64,000 nucleotides of DNA. It comes from Octopus sinensis. Taxonomy: Eukaryota. Location: NCBI RefSeq assembly GCF_006345805.1, contig NC_043023.1, positions 9,362,001 through 9,426,000 on the forward strand, given 5' to 3'. The notes below the pieces were generated by a model that worked only from the letters and a program-made list of their open reading frames with translations, did no database searches and was not told where the DNA came from. Of this stretch, positions 1-14,679 are shown piece after piece (position 1 is the first letter of the stretch; each line of letters opens with the position of its first letter). The translations under genes and the position numbers were made by a program.

Positions 1-218
1 GAGACAGACAAGGCCTAATTTCGTAGCCAGCACGTAAGTGACAGAGCCACTGTAGGTGATTAATTGATCGACGCTTATCATGATATCCGTCATCGAATTC
101 TAAAACTTTGACTTCTTTTTCTTATCTTCCTAATTGTCATTCCTTAGACATTATAGTAAAAAATGTTGCAACTGGTCTCTTCTATATTATTTCTTATGAG
201 TTCTCTTTTATCTTACAG

Positions 219-290
219 GAATCTAGGGAATAACAAAATCTCGACTATTGAGCAAGGAACATTCAGGAATCTTTCCAACATAAAGTATTT
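219..290 (+). CDS. LRR exon, diverged type: (L)NLGNNKISTIEQGTFRNLSNIKY(L)
   Basis: ttacag|g...tt|gtaagt; 72 nt; phase 2/2; matches LxLxxNxIxxIxxxxFxxLxxL. Confidence 0.9.
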
Positions 291-1214
291 GTAAGTTGAA
301 TCTATTTTGCCGATACTCTTCACTTGACGGTATATTTCTAAATATTTGGTGTTTTCCTATCTTTTTTCTTCGTGAACTTGCCCTTCTCTAACTCAGATTT
401 TCTCCCTTTATGAGTCTGCAAATGTGCATGTGAAAGTGTTTAGAAATACGAAAATTTGGTGTTTACATCAGTGATTCGTATTGTGTGTGTGTATAAATTT
501 CTGTATGTGGTCATTTGGAGAGCATAAGTCCTCAGCCGTTTGAACTACTTCTCCCAACTATATTACCAAACAATATTAAATTAGCAGTGAAACTCGAAGC
601 AATCCAATGAAGCTACATATAATAAATCGCTTCAAATCAACGTATTAGCTACTGGAAAAGACTGAAAGAGTGAAAGATATGCAGTGATATAAATCTGGAA
701 ATTCATGGAAGGCCTTGTACCAAACCTTGGCATTGAAAGTTACACAAACAGCAGAACAGGGCGCCACATTTTGCAAGTTGGATCAGTCTTGCTGATATTA
801 TTTTCTTGACTGTATTTTTCTGCACATTTGATGTCTTCCCATGTTTCTTTCTGAACTTCAATTTGCCATTTTCTAACTCGCCTTCATTCAATATACGTGT
901 AATGCAACGGGTGTTTGAAAATGTATGTTAATATGAGTGTTTGGATTCTACATCACTTTGTGTATAATTGTGTGTATGTGCATCTGTATTTTTTTCGTCT
1001 GAAATAAGTGAATAATTATATACTCGTTTACCGTTTCCTCTTGGGTAAGATATGTCAAGCGAACCAGAAAGCATTGCTTTCTTCTTCTAAAGAAAATTTG
1101 TTCGCCTGAAAGTTCACGAGGTCTAAGCACGGCTTTCAGGAATGTTGATTGGAAGATGCTTTCAGAAGTTTATTTATATTGTATGTGCTGAAGAGATTGG
1201 TTTAACCACCCGCA

Positions 1215-1490
<276 letters not shown>

Positions 1491-2036
1491 ACAGTACCAG
1501 GCAGTGGCTCTCATGGCTTCTGATCTTAACTGACTGGAAGTGTTATCATGTACATTGTTTTGTCTTGGTATAAAAGATGGGCTACAGCAAATATTCTGCT
1601 CAATACCACAGATTTGCTTGTCAGTTGTTTGACCATAACCAGTTGAGCATGTCCCTTAGTGGCTGACGATATGTGCATCTCTGATCACGCACAGAAGTAG
1701 TGGGGGAGCATCATAGCCATGTGTTGAAAGGAATTATTTGGGGTTTGGATAATTCACCTTTGGAAACATAGGTGGTTCGTTCAACATCCTTAAACAATCC
1801 TTATTCAGGGACCTTTTGAGCAGGATGGGTTACTCGACCAGAAGAAAATTCTAACTGGGCCTCACAGGCAAGGACATGCACTGTTTGTCTTGATATGAGA
1901 TCACAATGTCGCGCACATATGGTTGTGATGCATGTGTCTTGTGTATCTTGATCAGACGGGTAGTAATGATAGGTATTCTGGGCTTCGTATATTTTACCCC
2001 AGTGTCACTTTGATGGCATGCACTGCTCCCACACTC

Positions 2037-2070
<34 letters not shown>

Positions 2071-2076
2071 GTAATT

Positions 2077-2137
<61 letters not shown>
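1491..2137 (+). mobile_element. Interspersed repeat whose 3' end runs into an (AAT)n tail
   Basis: The tail ccccagtg.cactttgatggcatgcactgctc.cacact.aataataa recurs at ~26380-26470, again followed by (AAT)n. Confidence 0.5.
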
Positions 2138-2138
<1 letters not shown>

Positions 2139-2920
2139 TTCACAACAAATTGCGGTTTTGAAACTTGGCTGATAGGTGGGAAAAAATCTCTGCATAGAAG
2201 ATATATGGCTCGTAGCAAACAAATTACTGTAGACCAGGAGGTCTGCTATGAGTATGTAGAGAACTCAGGTGTAAAGCGAAGACTTTCCCATGGCTGATAA
2301 GTTTAGAGATTATTGGCTGGTAACTCTCAACCCAATGTGAGGAAAAATGGTGTAGACCCAAAGAGCCGATGCCGTAAGGAGGGGATTGAAACAGTGGACC
2401 ACCTAATCACGGGGCGTAAGGTTTTAGAACCTGTAGAGGATAAATCAAGGCATGACAGAATTGGTCAATATCTACAATGGATATAATGTCGACATTTTAT
2501 AATCAAATCTGTCGATAAATGGTATAAACTCCTCATTCAAGCTGTAACTGATTGATGTTACAATTCTTTGGGACTTTCCAGTATGTACACACCGGACCAT
2601 CAAAACTAAAAGACCAAAACAGTAAAGTCTGTTTATTGATTGACGTGAGCCTTCTGTGTGATCATTATATCTCAGCAAAGGAATTCGATAAGCTCAGAAA
2701 ATATAACGATTTGCTAATGGAAATGGAAAAGAAGTGGCATATCAAGCCGGTTATAATACCACTGATTGCAGGATCACCTGGAATGGTCAAAAAAGAAACT
2801 CTAAATTATTTGAGAACCATCCCTGGCTGGCTTCTCTTTCATGCAGGAAGTGAAAAAGATCGTTTTAACTGCTACATCACACATACGGAAACGAGCATTG
2901 ACCCTTTGGATTTTCCTTGA
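2138..2920 (+). mobile_element. Degenerate 3' part of an REL-endonuclease non-LTR retrotransposon (R4/Dong-like)
   Basis: Zinc-knuckle remnant ETVDHLITG...SRHDRIGQYL and REL remnant CLLIDVS...KEFDKLRKYNDL...W...IIPLIAG; frameshifted. Confidence 0.8.
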
Positions 2921-3651
2921 TTTTACCAGTTTATTTTCTTTCTTTAATTATTTTACTTTTTTCTTATCTTCCTGTCTTTTGTGAGATTTGCATCGAAGTA
3001 TTGATTTTGTGAATTAGTACAAGATGGAAGTGAAGAGCATTTGAGGATGTCGAAGCTGCAAATGGGTGATGTATGTGATGAAGGAGCAGATCTTGGTAAT
3101 AATGTAACACCTCGTAAAGAACGCGAAACCGTTCACTCCTCCTACACTGACGCCCTCGTGTTGCGTCCCTCATGTGATTATCCATATTTTAAAACTTGTT
3201 ATTAAAACAATAAATATTCACAATAATTGTTTCAATTGAAAAACATACGAATGTATTAGACAGCTTGTGTTTAAAAGGTGTAAATATTTCAGAATATTCA
3301 AGGACACAGTATATGGAATAAGTAAGAAGGGGTGATCTTATACTTGGTAGTGGGACGATGAAAATTGCACGCTGAAAAAAATAAACCAAACAGCGTTTCA
3401 ACTCTGTGTGAAAATATGTGTGTGTATGTAAAAGGGGAGTGTGTGTGAATGTGTGTGTGTGTGTTTGTGATTGTGTGTGTGCGTGTGCTCTAGCATTTCT
3501 TATGCTCATGTTTACATTCTGGTGTTCTGATGAAATTTTTTTCTTGAGAACACACTGTTCGTGGTTAGGTTATTTGACGTCTATATCTAGCATATTAGGA
3601 GTCCACATTAGTGGTCATTCCTCTTAATTTGTATGTAATATATATATGTAT

Positions 3652-3682
<31 letters not shown>

Positions 3683-4214
3683 AATAAATATATTGTATAT
3701 GTGTGTATGTATAGATAAATATATTGTATATGCATGATAACCATGAAAACAACGATTGCCAAAATCCGCTTAATGAGAAGATGATGATATGAGAAAAATA
3801 AAAATAATGATGAAAATAGTGGTGTTTGTGATGTGTGTAGTAGTTGAAGTTACGTGGATGGTAGGTGATACGCAATAAAGCACATGAGAGCGAGAACAAA
3901 TATTCCGCTGACCTTTCAATATTATATACGAAGCCACAAAAGAGAAGAAACGAAAAAAAGTGGGTGAAAGCCTATAGGGGTGGATGTGCCCGAAAGAGTA
4001 AAAGCAGAAATCTAGAATTTAGAATTTATAAGATTTGTTGATTAATTTGTCAATGTTATGAATTTCACCGTTCATTCACTTTTGTCTGTTTCATGTTGTA
4101 GCTATTTTTCTCTTCTATTTCTTTCTCTTCAATTTCTGCATCTTATTGTTTAGACATAATATTTATATTTTTATGACTAAATTCTACTATTTTATTTCTT
4201 CTGAATCCCTACAG

Positions 4215-4286
4215 ACGTCTATACGGCAATAAAATCTCGAAAATCGAAAGAGGATTATTCGAAAATCTAACCAGATTAATTACTTT
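4215..4286 (+). CDS. LRR exon B1: (L)RLYGNKISKIERGLFENLTRLIT(L)
   Basis: ctacag|a...tt|gtaagc; 72 nt; phase 2/2. Confidence 0.92.
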
Positions 4287-4489
4287 GTAAGCTGGATCAG
4301 TCTCGCTGATACATTTTTGTCGACTATATTTCAAAATATTTCATGTATTCCCATCTTTATTTCTCACCCTTCTTTTAAACATTCTCTAAATCGCATCCTC
4401 TTGCTATGTGTGTCTGTGAATGTGTGAAGGCTTTTGAGAATATGAATGCCTGCGGTTGACATCATTGTTTCATATTATGCATGTGATTG

Positions 4490-4700
4490 AGGCGGCGTGC
4501 TGGTAGATGTATAATCACGCTGGACAAAATCTTGAGCTGCATTTCGTCCGCTTTTGATTTCTGAGTTCAAATTCAACCGAGGTCGACTTCACCATTTATC
4601 TATTTGTAATCGATTATTCGACATAATCAGTTAGCACCCTCCGCCAGCATTCCAGGACGTGTGCCTATGGTAGGAAGGATATTATATAAGTGTTGGTAGG
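4490..4700 (+). mobile_element. Old SINE copy (family 3), co-duplicated at ~13460-13670
   Basis: gaggcggcgtgctgg...ctgagttcaaattc..ccgaggtcgactt matches the younger copy at 30563. Confidence 0.7.
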
Positions 4701-5920
4701 TGCATATCTATCTTTCTGTCACCGGATAATTATTCATTCCTTTCATTTCCTTCATTATCTTTTCCTTTACTGTTTTCCTGTTGAATAAGAAATACTAAGC
4801 AGAACATAATGCATTTGTTTTATGCTTCCAAAGAATTTGACTGTTTACCGTCAGAAACACATTGGAATCAGAGGACGAGTTGGAGAAAAGTCTGCATTTA
4901 GCATAATCATGCATCTGACACTTTCAAAAATGTCCTCCTTTTCTAGGTGTTTCTCAGAAACCCCATTACACCTGTTTTGCTTACCCGTTGCAGTAGTCAT
5001 CTACTGAAAGAGCCTCGAATATGTCTAGCATATGTGAGAATAAATCGTGTCAGGATGATGGTGACATCTACTTAGGGCATCCTTTCATCGATTTTCGAAA
5101 TTCCGCAGCTGTTTTGCTCTTTTGCTGAACAGCGTATCTTCACTCGAATGTCGCGGCAAGCAATCCTGGTAGACAATAAAGAACATCCCTGATTATGAGC
5201 TACTGTCTTCCTCAAAGATCTGCGCGAAGCGTTCCTTAAAAGCCGAAAACATCTGTATAAGCTAATGTAGCAGACAACTCAACCGATTATAACCTCAGGA
5301 GGACATCTTCTCCACTTGGCTAATGACACACTGTCTGTGTCTGATTAGTATTTGCGAAAGGAAAAAAAAAAACCATTGCCATCTCTGGCCTTACGTGATA
5401 CACACATACCCGTGTTTCGATGACGAGTTACTACCCAGAAATCAGGGCCTGTGTTTATTACGTAAAACCAGAGACGGGAACCATGATATTAGTTCGCAAA
5501 TACAAGTAAGAAACAAGTACTGTGTCATTTTGGCAGCTAGTCGAGATGTCATCCCGGAGCTATAAACAACAGTAGCATTATCCCCTATGGGACCGACATA
5601 TGTATATATATCCTTCACAATATATATAGGTGTATTTCATTTCATAATTTTCTCAACACCACATTCATTTACATCTCATCTTCATCATAAACGACATCAT
5701 CATTAGCATCATCTTCCTCATCAGTCAACTACGTCACAAGTCATCATTATCAATATCATCATAACCTTCACTTCTCATTATCTTCATCTTCATCTAATTT
5801 TTCCACTCCTACTTCCTTTTCTTCTACATCTACATCCAGTTGATTAGACATATGCGTATTTAAAATTTCGTGAATAATCATTTTTATACCATTTCTTACC
5901 AATTCTCTTCCAACTTACAG

Positions 5921-5992
5921 AAATCTAGCCAATAATAAAATCGCGATTATTGAACATGGATCGTTCGAGGGTCTCACCAATTTAGAGAGGGT
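5921..5992 (+). CDS. LRR exon A1: (L)NLANNKIAIIEHGSFEGLTNLER(V)
   Basis: ttacag|a...gt|gtaagt; 72 nt; phase 2/2. Confidence 0.92.
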
Positions 5993-7143
5993 GTAAGTTT
6001 GATCTTCCTGATATTATTAATCTAATTGTATGTTTCTATATATATTGTCTTCCCTTCTATCTTCGCTCTCTCTTTCATCCTCTCTAACAGACTTTCACTT
6101 TGTCTGTGTGTGTGTGTGTGTGCGCACGCGTGTATGAAAATGATTAAAGATATGAGTGTTTGTGGGTTACATTTGTTATGTGATTTATATAAATTTATGT
6201 GAACAACGTAACAATTAACGATTAAAGACAAAATTCCCCAATACGGGGAAAAGCCATGTAGGACAACGAGGGGAATACAGAGATTCAGATCTAACAATAT
6301 TCGACAATTAGGCGTCACTAATTAGAAGTAGAATACACATCCAGGTGCATTCCTCCTGTATGATAAGTAAATTGAAATATCCTATGGCAGAATTGGGAAA
6401 AATTCAGACATTTTGACATCAAACGATTCATACAGAGACAGTTGCGTTTATTAGATTTCGCAGTATAAAGCCTACAGTAGTTTATATTTTATTAACATTG
6501 ATAAAATCTTCAGTATACAGATGTAGCGGGAGCAACACTTAAGGTTGGTAACATAGATGCAAACACAAAGTTACAATGCTTATATACACAGACATATATC
6601 TATACATAAATAAAAATATGACGAATCTGAATTGTAAACTGAATTTCGTTGCACTCAATAACATTTTTGTAATAGCAGACAGAGAGGCAGATTTACACAT
6701 GCAGACTCTTTCTCTCTCTCTCTCACACGCACACACATACACGCACACACACACACACAGATGCACACACACTCACACACACACAACACACAACCACAAA
6801 ACAATTTGTAAGTCATACACATACTCACATACATATATATATATGTAAATATAAATGTGTAACAAACATATATATATATAGACATATATATATGTATACA
6901 CACACACGCATACACACACACACATATATATATAAGAAGTAAAGATAGACGTTATGCTATTCCATGAAAAACAATTTTACAAACGGACGATCCCACGGCT
7001 TTATCGATCACATACTCACCTGAAATCGATTTTTGTAACTTTTTCAAAACTTATGCACGCCCTGATAGTAGAAAATAGAGATCAAGTCTTTGACTGCAAT
7101 TTTTAGTTTTTCGGTATGTGGCTAAGCAACCTGTTGCCTGCCC

Positions 7144-7192
<49 letters not shown>

Positions 7193-7602
7193 AGCAATAT
7201 TAAATCTGTGAGTGAGACGTAAACAGTAGTAGCACAGAATCGTAAAGTATATTTACCACGTGAACGTATCAGTCCCATAAGGAACGATGCTTCTGGTTTT
7301 TATAGCCTCAGGAGGACATCTTCTCCACTTGGCTAATGACACACTATGTCTGATTAGTATTCGTGAGCGGAAAAAAAAGCATTGCCATCTCTGGCCTTAG
7401 GTGATACACACACACCCAGGTTTCGATAACGAGTTACTACCCAGAAATCAGGGCCTGTGTTTATTACGTAAAACCAGGGATGGGAACCATGATATTAGTT
7501 CGCAAATACAAGACGCAAATACAAGTGGTGTGTTGTTTTGGCAGCTAGTGGAGATGTCATCCTGGGGCTATAAACAACAGTTGCATTATCCACTATGGGA
7601 TC

Positions 7603-7695
<93 letters not shown>

Positions 7696-8099
7696 CCTTC
7701 TCAATATATATATGCATATTTCACTTCATAGTTTTCTTGTAATCTCCGCTTCAAATTCTATTTTTTGTACTTTTTTTATTTCATTGTCGTCATAAGCATC
7801 ATGGCCATGAATGCGATCATCACCGTCCTCAACACCACACTCCTTATCATCTCATCATCATCATCATAAACGACATCATCATTAGCATCATCTTCACCAT
7901 CAGTCAACTTCGTCACAACTCATGATTATCAATATCTTTCTAACCTTCACTCCTCATTATCTTCATCTTCATCTAATTTTGGCACCTCTTCTTCCTTTTC
8001 TTCTACATCTACATCCAGTTGATTAGACATATGCGTATTTAAAATTGTGTGACTAATCATTTTTATACTATTTCTCACCAATTCTCTTCCAACTTACAG

Positions 8100-8171
8100 A
8101 AATCTAGCCAATAATAAAATCGCGATTATTGAATATGGATCGTTCGAGGGTCTCACCAATTTAAAAAAGTT
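8100..8171 (+). CDS. LRR exon A2: NLANNKIAIIEYGSFEGLTNLKK(L)
   Basis: ttacag|a...tt|gtaagt; 72 nt; phase 2/2. Confidence 0.92.
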
Positions 8172-9123
8172 GTAAGTTTGATCTTCTTGATATTATTAAT
8201 CTAATTGTATGTTTCTACATATATTGTCTTCCCTTCTATCTTCGTTCTTTCTTTCATCCTCTCTAACAGACGTTCAATTTTTCTGTGGGTGTATGTGCGT
8301 GTGTTTGTGTGCGTGCGGGTATGAAAATGATTAAGGATATGAATGTTTGTGGTTTAGAATTGTGATGTGATTTATATAAATTTATGTGAACAACGTAACA
8401 ATTAACGATTAACGATTAACGATTAAAGACAAAATTCCCCAATACGGGGAAAAGCAATGTAGGACAACGAGGGGAACCCAGAGATTCAGATCTAACTATA
8501 TTCAACAATTAGGCACCAGTAATAAGAAGTAGAATACACATCCAAGTGAATTCTTCCTGTATGATAAGTAAATAGAAATATCCTATGGCAGAATTCTGGA
8601 AAATTCAGACATTTTGACAACAAACGATAAATAGAGAGAAAGTTGACTTCATTAGATTTCAAATTATAAAGCCTACAATTGTTTCTATTTTATTAACATA
8701 GATAAAATCTTCAGTATACAGATGTAGCGGGCGCAACATTTAAGGTTGGTAACATAGATGCAAACACAAAGTTACAATGCTTATATACACATACATATAT
8801 CTCTATACATAAATAAAAATATGACGAATCTGAATTGTAAACTGAATTTCGTTGCACTCAAAAACATTTTTGTAATTGCAGACAGAGAGGCAGATTTAAA
8901 CATGCAGACTCTTTCTCTCTCTCTCTCACACACACACAAACACGAACACACTCACATACACAACTACAACACAATTTATAATCATACACATGTTCACATA
9001 CATATATATGTAAATATACATGTGTCACAAACAGATATATATATATTATATACACACACGCAAATATATATACACATGTTCACAGACATACACACATGCA
9101 TAAATATATATATATATATAGAC

Positions 9124-9330
9124 GTATGGCCTAGTGGTTAGGGCAGCGGACTTGCGGTCGGAGGATCGCGGTTTCGATTCCCAGACCGGGCGTTGTGTGT
9201 GTTTATTGAGCGAAAAACACCTAAAAGCTCCACGAGGCTCCGGCAGGAGGTGGTGATCCCTGCTGTACTCTTTCACCACTCTAAAGGCGGTGCTCCAGCA
9301 TGGCCGCAGTCAAATGACTGAAACAAGTAC
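9124..9330 (+). mobile_element. tRNA-head SINE; family-1 head joined to a family-2 tail
   Basis: tggcctagtggttagggcagcgg...ggtttcgattccc (A/B boxes), ending aaggcggtgctccagcatggccgcagtcaaatgactgaaacaagta. Confidence 0.8.
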
Positions 9331-9334
9331 AAAA

Positions 9335-9369
<35 letters not shown>

Positions 9370-10429
9370 AAATACCCCGTCAAATGGACGGGGCTATGTT
9401 GTCAAACATTTAAACCAAATTGTCTCAAACAACTTGTCTGACAGTCCCATAGGTCTTCCCTTTGAGAAACACTGATTTAATCTAAAGTTGAGACACCAGC
9501 AGAAGAAGAAATAAAGATAGACGTTTTCTCTATTCCAAGAAAAACGATTTTACAACTGCACGTTCCCACGGCTTTATCTGTCGCATTCTTACCTAGAATC
9601 GACTTTTGCAATTTTTTCAAGATTTATGCACGCCCTGATAGTGTCGGTATCTTCATATCTATTTTGAGCGCAATCTGAGGAAGGATGCCCAAGATATTAG
9701 AAGACACACACACACATAGAAGACAGAACGGATTTTATATAATAGACTAAAAAAAATTGTTTGGGTTTGTCCATTCATAATAAATGAAAATAATAAGTTC
9801 GACTGTAGAGTAACTACTTCAAGGAGTATATCCATGCAGGGACACCGGATTATGTCCAAGACGGATGCTTCACCTCAGACTGTAAAGGGAGGTAACTAAA
9901 TGAGTTTGGCAAATTTCTTTGTCACTCAACAGTAGTTGAAAAAGAAAATAGAAAATTGATGGACTGTGTATGAAATATGCATGCTTGGTGTTAAGGGAAG
10001 CAACTCCTATCAGCGCCATATTGTCGATTGTCCAATCAAAGAAAAACGATTTCCCACGGCTTTATCGATCTGGAATCGATTCTTGTAATTTTTTCAAGAC
10101 TTATACACGCCTGATACCGTCGGTATCTACATATCAAAATTGAGTGCATGTGGATGGAGGATGTCGGAGATCTGAGAAGACACACAGACACATACACACG
10201 CACCCACACACGCATACATACTTTCATATACGTGTGTTCGTCTTTTAGTTTTTTTATGAGCCAGTTGAACAAAACAGTGTGGTTTTTCAGTTTGCTGGAA
10301 ATAACAGCCAGACCTCTCTCATGTCATGGTCTTAATAGTTTTAAGGAAAGGGAAAAAATAGAATTAATGGTTTTGATTTTGTTCGGATCTATGAAATTTA
10401 TTATTATTTTAAAGCTTTCGTCCATTACT

Positions 10430-11249
10430 TGATTAAAGTAATTGGGAAACCATTTTCTTGCCTTGGGATTCACGGTCAAATGTCAAGGTGGAATTTCGTG
10501 AAAAATTACACAGATGTGTAGAATGATCCGGTGGTGTTGCTGGGTTTTGTATTTTTTCATAGCTCCCATGGTTACCGAGATAATCTACAATAATAATACT
10601 CTTGTGTTTATGAATGAGAAAGGAAGAGGTGATTGATGAATAAGGAAAGAAGGGGCAATCTTGGTAGTGAGATGATGAAAACTCCACGCTGAAAAAAACA
10701 AAAAACAGAGTTTTAACTCTGTGTGAATATATGTGTGTATGTAAAACCAGAGTATGTGAATGTGTGTGCGTGTGAGTGTGTGTGATTGAATGTGTGTGTG
10801 CATGTGATTTTGTGTGTGATTTTGTGCACGCGCAATTGAAGTGGGATGGTTAACATTCAATGCTGAAAAGAAAAATCAAACAGCGTTTCAACTCTGTGTT
10901 TGGTATTCACTTACCAGCTCTTGTATTTAGTCACGGCCAGCTTTATGTAGCATTAAGTCGCAAAAGAAGGAAGGAATTTAGTTGCCGATAGATTTTTCTT
11001 AAGTTTGGTTGTAAAAAATTATTAAACTAAAAACTTGGTTTTGTACATTATCTACTATAATAATATTCTTGTGTTTTTCTCCGTCAGAACACATGAATGA
11101 AAAAGGAAGGAGTGATAGATGAATAAAGAAAGAAAGACATGGCATATTTCGTAGTGGGATGATGGAAGCTGCACAGTGACAAAGATAATTCAAACAGCGT
11201 CTCAACTCTGTGTGAGTTTATGTGTGTCTATATAGAAGGAGGTACGTGA

Positions 11250-11281
<32 letters not shown>

Positions 11282-11660
11282 AATGGAAGTGAGATGGTGA
11301 ACATTCAACGCTGAAAAGAAAAATCAAACAGCGCCTCAACTCTGTGTGAGTTTATGTGTGTCTATATAGAAGGAGGTATGTGAATGTGTGTGTGTGTGTG
11401 TGTGTGTGTGCAATGGAAGTGAGATGGTGAACATTCAACGCTGAAAAGAAAAATCAAACAGCGTTTCAACTCTGTGTATTTGGTATTTACTTGCCAGCTC
11501 CCTTATTTAGTCACGGCCAGCTTTATGTGGCCTTACGTAGAACATGAAGGAAGGAAAACTTGAAAATTTTTTTGACGGAAACAAGCAGTCAAAGGATTTT
11601 AGTTGCGGATAGATTTTTTACAAAAAATTTGGTAATAAAAGAATTATTAAACCAAAATCT
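10430..11660 (+). repeat. Exon-less partial copies of the intron upstream of B, including ~130-bp tandem repeats at ~11190-11470
   Basis: caaacagcg.ttcaactctgtgtg...aatgtgtgtg...caatggaagtgagatggtgaacattcaacgctgaaaag recurs and matches 3350-3490. Confidence 0.75.
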
Positions 11661-11719
11661 TGGTTTTTATAACTTATATATATATATATTTTGACGGCAC
11701 GGGTGCCGGTCTAGCATAC

Positions 11720-11796
<77 letters not shown>

Positions 11797-12379
11797 CACG
11801 CACACACATGTATATATATATATAATAAGGGTAGAAATTGATAGTAATCAACTGAAACCAGTGGCTTAACATATTTAAAAAAAATTAGAAGATTAAAAAT
11901 TATATTACATACAAAATTAAGGGTGCGATTCCTGTGTCTGTGTCTAGTACTGGAAATTATGTTTTGTAAACGACAGACTAAGCTGATGAGCCTGCAGATA
12001 TTTACATGCGTAAATATTAACGAGCGAAACCATTGGTACATAGGTAATTGTTTTTTATTTCGTATGTTTTCATTTGTCATGCTTATTTTTACATTCTGGT
12101 TATTTGCTGAATTTTTTTTCATGAGAACACACGCTTTTGGTTGGGTAATTTGACGTCAATATCAAGCATATTAGGAGTCCACTTCGGTGGTCATTCCTCT
12201 ATATTTTGTAAGTAATAAAAATACATACACATATATATACACACACACTTATATATATACATACACATATATATACACGTATATATATACATGTATATAT
12301 ACACATATATATGTATATATATATATATATATCATATATTTATCATTCATTTTCTACTTTTTGTGTTGTAGATAAAGGT

Positions 12380-12427
<48 letters not shown>

Positions 12428-12527
12428 TATTATTATTATTTTGTATTAGTTTATGTCTACCACTGTTTGAGTTGCATAATAGTGGTTTTATTTCTAATTC
12501 ATATTTAATATATATATATATACGTAC

Positions 12528-12608
<81 letters not shown>

Positions 12609-13186
12609 CATATATATATATTTAAACATATAATATAGTGAGAGAGAGAAATAAGAGAGATAGATAGATAGATAAATATATTGTATATGTGTGTATTGTA
12701 TATGTGTGATAACCATGGAAACACCGATTGCCAAAATCCTCTTAATGAGAAGATGGTGATATGAGAAAAATAAAAATAATGATGAAAATAGTGGTGTTTG
12801 TGATGTGTGTAGTAGTTGAAGTTACGTGGATGGTAGATGATACGCAATAAAGCACATGAGAGCGAGAACAAATATTCCGCTGACCTTTCAATATTATATA
12901 CGAAGCCACAAAAGAGAAGAAACGAAAAAAAGTGGGTGAAAGCCTATAGGGGTGGATGTGCCCGAAAGAGTAAAACCAGAAGTCTAGAATTTAGAATTTA
13001 TAAGATTTGTTGATCAATTTGTCAATGTTATGAATTTCACCGTTCATTCACTTTTGTCTTTTTCATGTTGTAGCTATTTTTCTCTTCTATTTCTTTCTCT
13101 TCAATTTCTGCATCTTATTGTTTAGACATAATATTTACATTTTTATGACTAAATTCTTCTATTTTATTTCTTATGAATCCCTACAG

Positions 13187-13258
13187 ACGTCTATCCGACA
13201 ATAAAATCTCGAAAATCGAAAGAGGATTATTCGAAAATCTAACCAGAATTTGGACTTT
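13187..13258 (+). CDS. LRR exon B2: RLSDNKISKIERGLFENLTRIWT(L)
   Basis: ctacag|a...tt|gtaagc; 72 nt; paralogue of B1 with homologous flanking introns. Confidence 0.92.
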
Positions 13259-14564
13259 GTAAGCTGGATCAGTCTCGTTGATACATTTTTGTTGACTATA
13301 TTTCTAAATATTTAATGTATTCTCATCTTTCTTTCTCCTCCTTCTTTTTAACATTCTCTAAATCCCATTCTCTTGCTATGTGTGTCTGTGAATGTGTGAA
13401 GGTGCTTGAGAATATGAACTCCTGCGGTTGACATCATTGTTTCATATTATGCATGTGATTGAGGCGGCGTGCTGGTAGATGTATAATCACGCTGGACAAA
13501 ATCTTGAGCTGCATTTCGTCCGCTTTTGATTGCTGAGTTCAAATTCAACCGAGGTCGACTTCACCATTTATCTATTTGTAATCGATTATTCGACATAATC
13601 AGTTAGCACCCTCCGCCAGCATTCCAGGACGTGTGCCTATGATAGGAAGGATATTATATAAGTGTTGGTAGGTTCATATCTATCTTTCTGTCACCGGATA
13701 ATTATTCATTCCTTTCATTTCCTTCATTATCTTTTCCCTTACTGTTTTCCTGTTGAATAAGAAATACTAAGCAGAACATAATGCATTTGTTTTATGCTTC
13801 CAAAGAATTTGACTGTTTACCGTCAGAAACACATTGGAATCAGAGGACGAGTTGGAGAAAAGTCTGCATTTAGCATAATCATGCATCTGACAATTTTAAA
13901 AATGTCCTCCTTTTCTAGGTGTTTCTCAGAAACCCCATTACACCTGTTTTGCTTACCTGTTGCAGTAGTCATCTACAGAAAGAGCCTCGAATATGTCTAG
14001 CATATGTGAGAATAAATCGTGTCAGGATAATGGTGACATCTACTTAGGGCATCCCTTCATCGATTTTCGAAATTCCGCAGCTGTTTTGCTCTTTTGCTGA
14101 ACAGCGTATCTTCACTCGAATGTCGCGGCAAGCCATCCTGGTAGACAGTAAAGAACATCCCTGACTATGAGCTACTGTGTTCCACAAAGAGCTGCGCGAA
14201 GTTTTCCTTAAAAGCCGAAAACATCTGTATAAGCTAATGTAGCAGACAACTCAACCGATTATAGCCCAAGGAGGACATGTTCTTCACTTGGCTAATGACA
14301 CACTGTCTGTGTCTGATTAGTGTTTGCGAAAGGAAACAAAAACCATTGCCATCTCTAGCCTTACGTGATACACACATACCCGTGTTTCGATGACGAGTTA
14401 CTACCCAGAAATCAGGGCCTGTGTTTATTACGTAAAACCAGAGACGGGAACCATGATATTAGTTCGCGCATACAAGTAAGACACAAGTAGTGTGTCATTT
14501 CGGCAGCTAGTGGAGATATCATCCTGGAGCTATAAACAACAGTAGCATTATCCCCTATGGGAAC

Positions 14565-14618
<54 letters not shown>

Positions 14619-14628
14619 GTTCCCATAG

Positions 14629-14679
<51 letters not shown>

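Noticed and set aside
685-772. Possible extra exon using a GC donor at 773
   Set aside because: No AG at the 72-nt position; the nearest AG gives an 88-nt segment with a stop and no LRR pattern.
4822-5007. ORF MLPKNLTVYRQK... repeated at 13794-14000
   Set aside because: Conserved only because the intron was recently duplicated; stop positions differ, with no splice or domain support. The same applies to the repeated ORFs at 6576, 8758, 19751, 21048 and 21959.
9124-9190. tRNA-like A/B-box sequences (also ~29060-29138 and ~36880-36943)
   Set aside because: They are SINE heads continuing into SINE bodies, not complete tRNA genes.
9790-9900. Open stretch DCRGNYFKEYIHAGT... as a hidden LRR exon
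   Set aside because: Lacks the conserved leucines, a proper acceptor and the 72-nt phase-2 layout; bounded by short direct repeats (gactgta..gaggtaacta).
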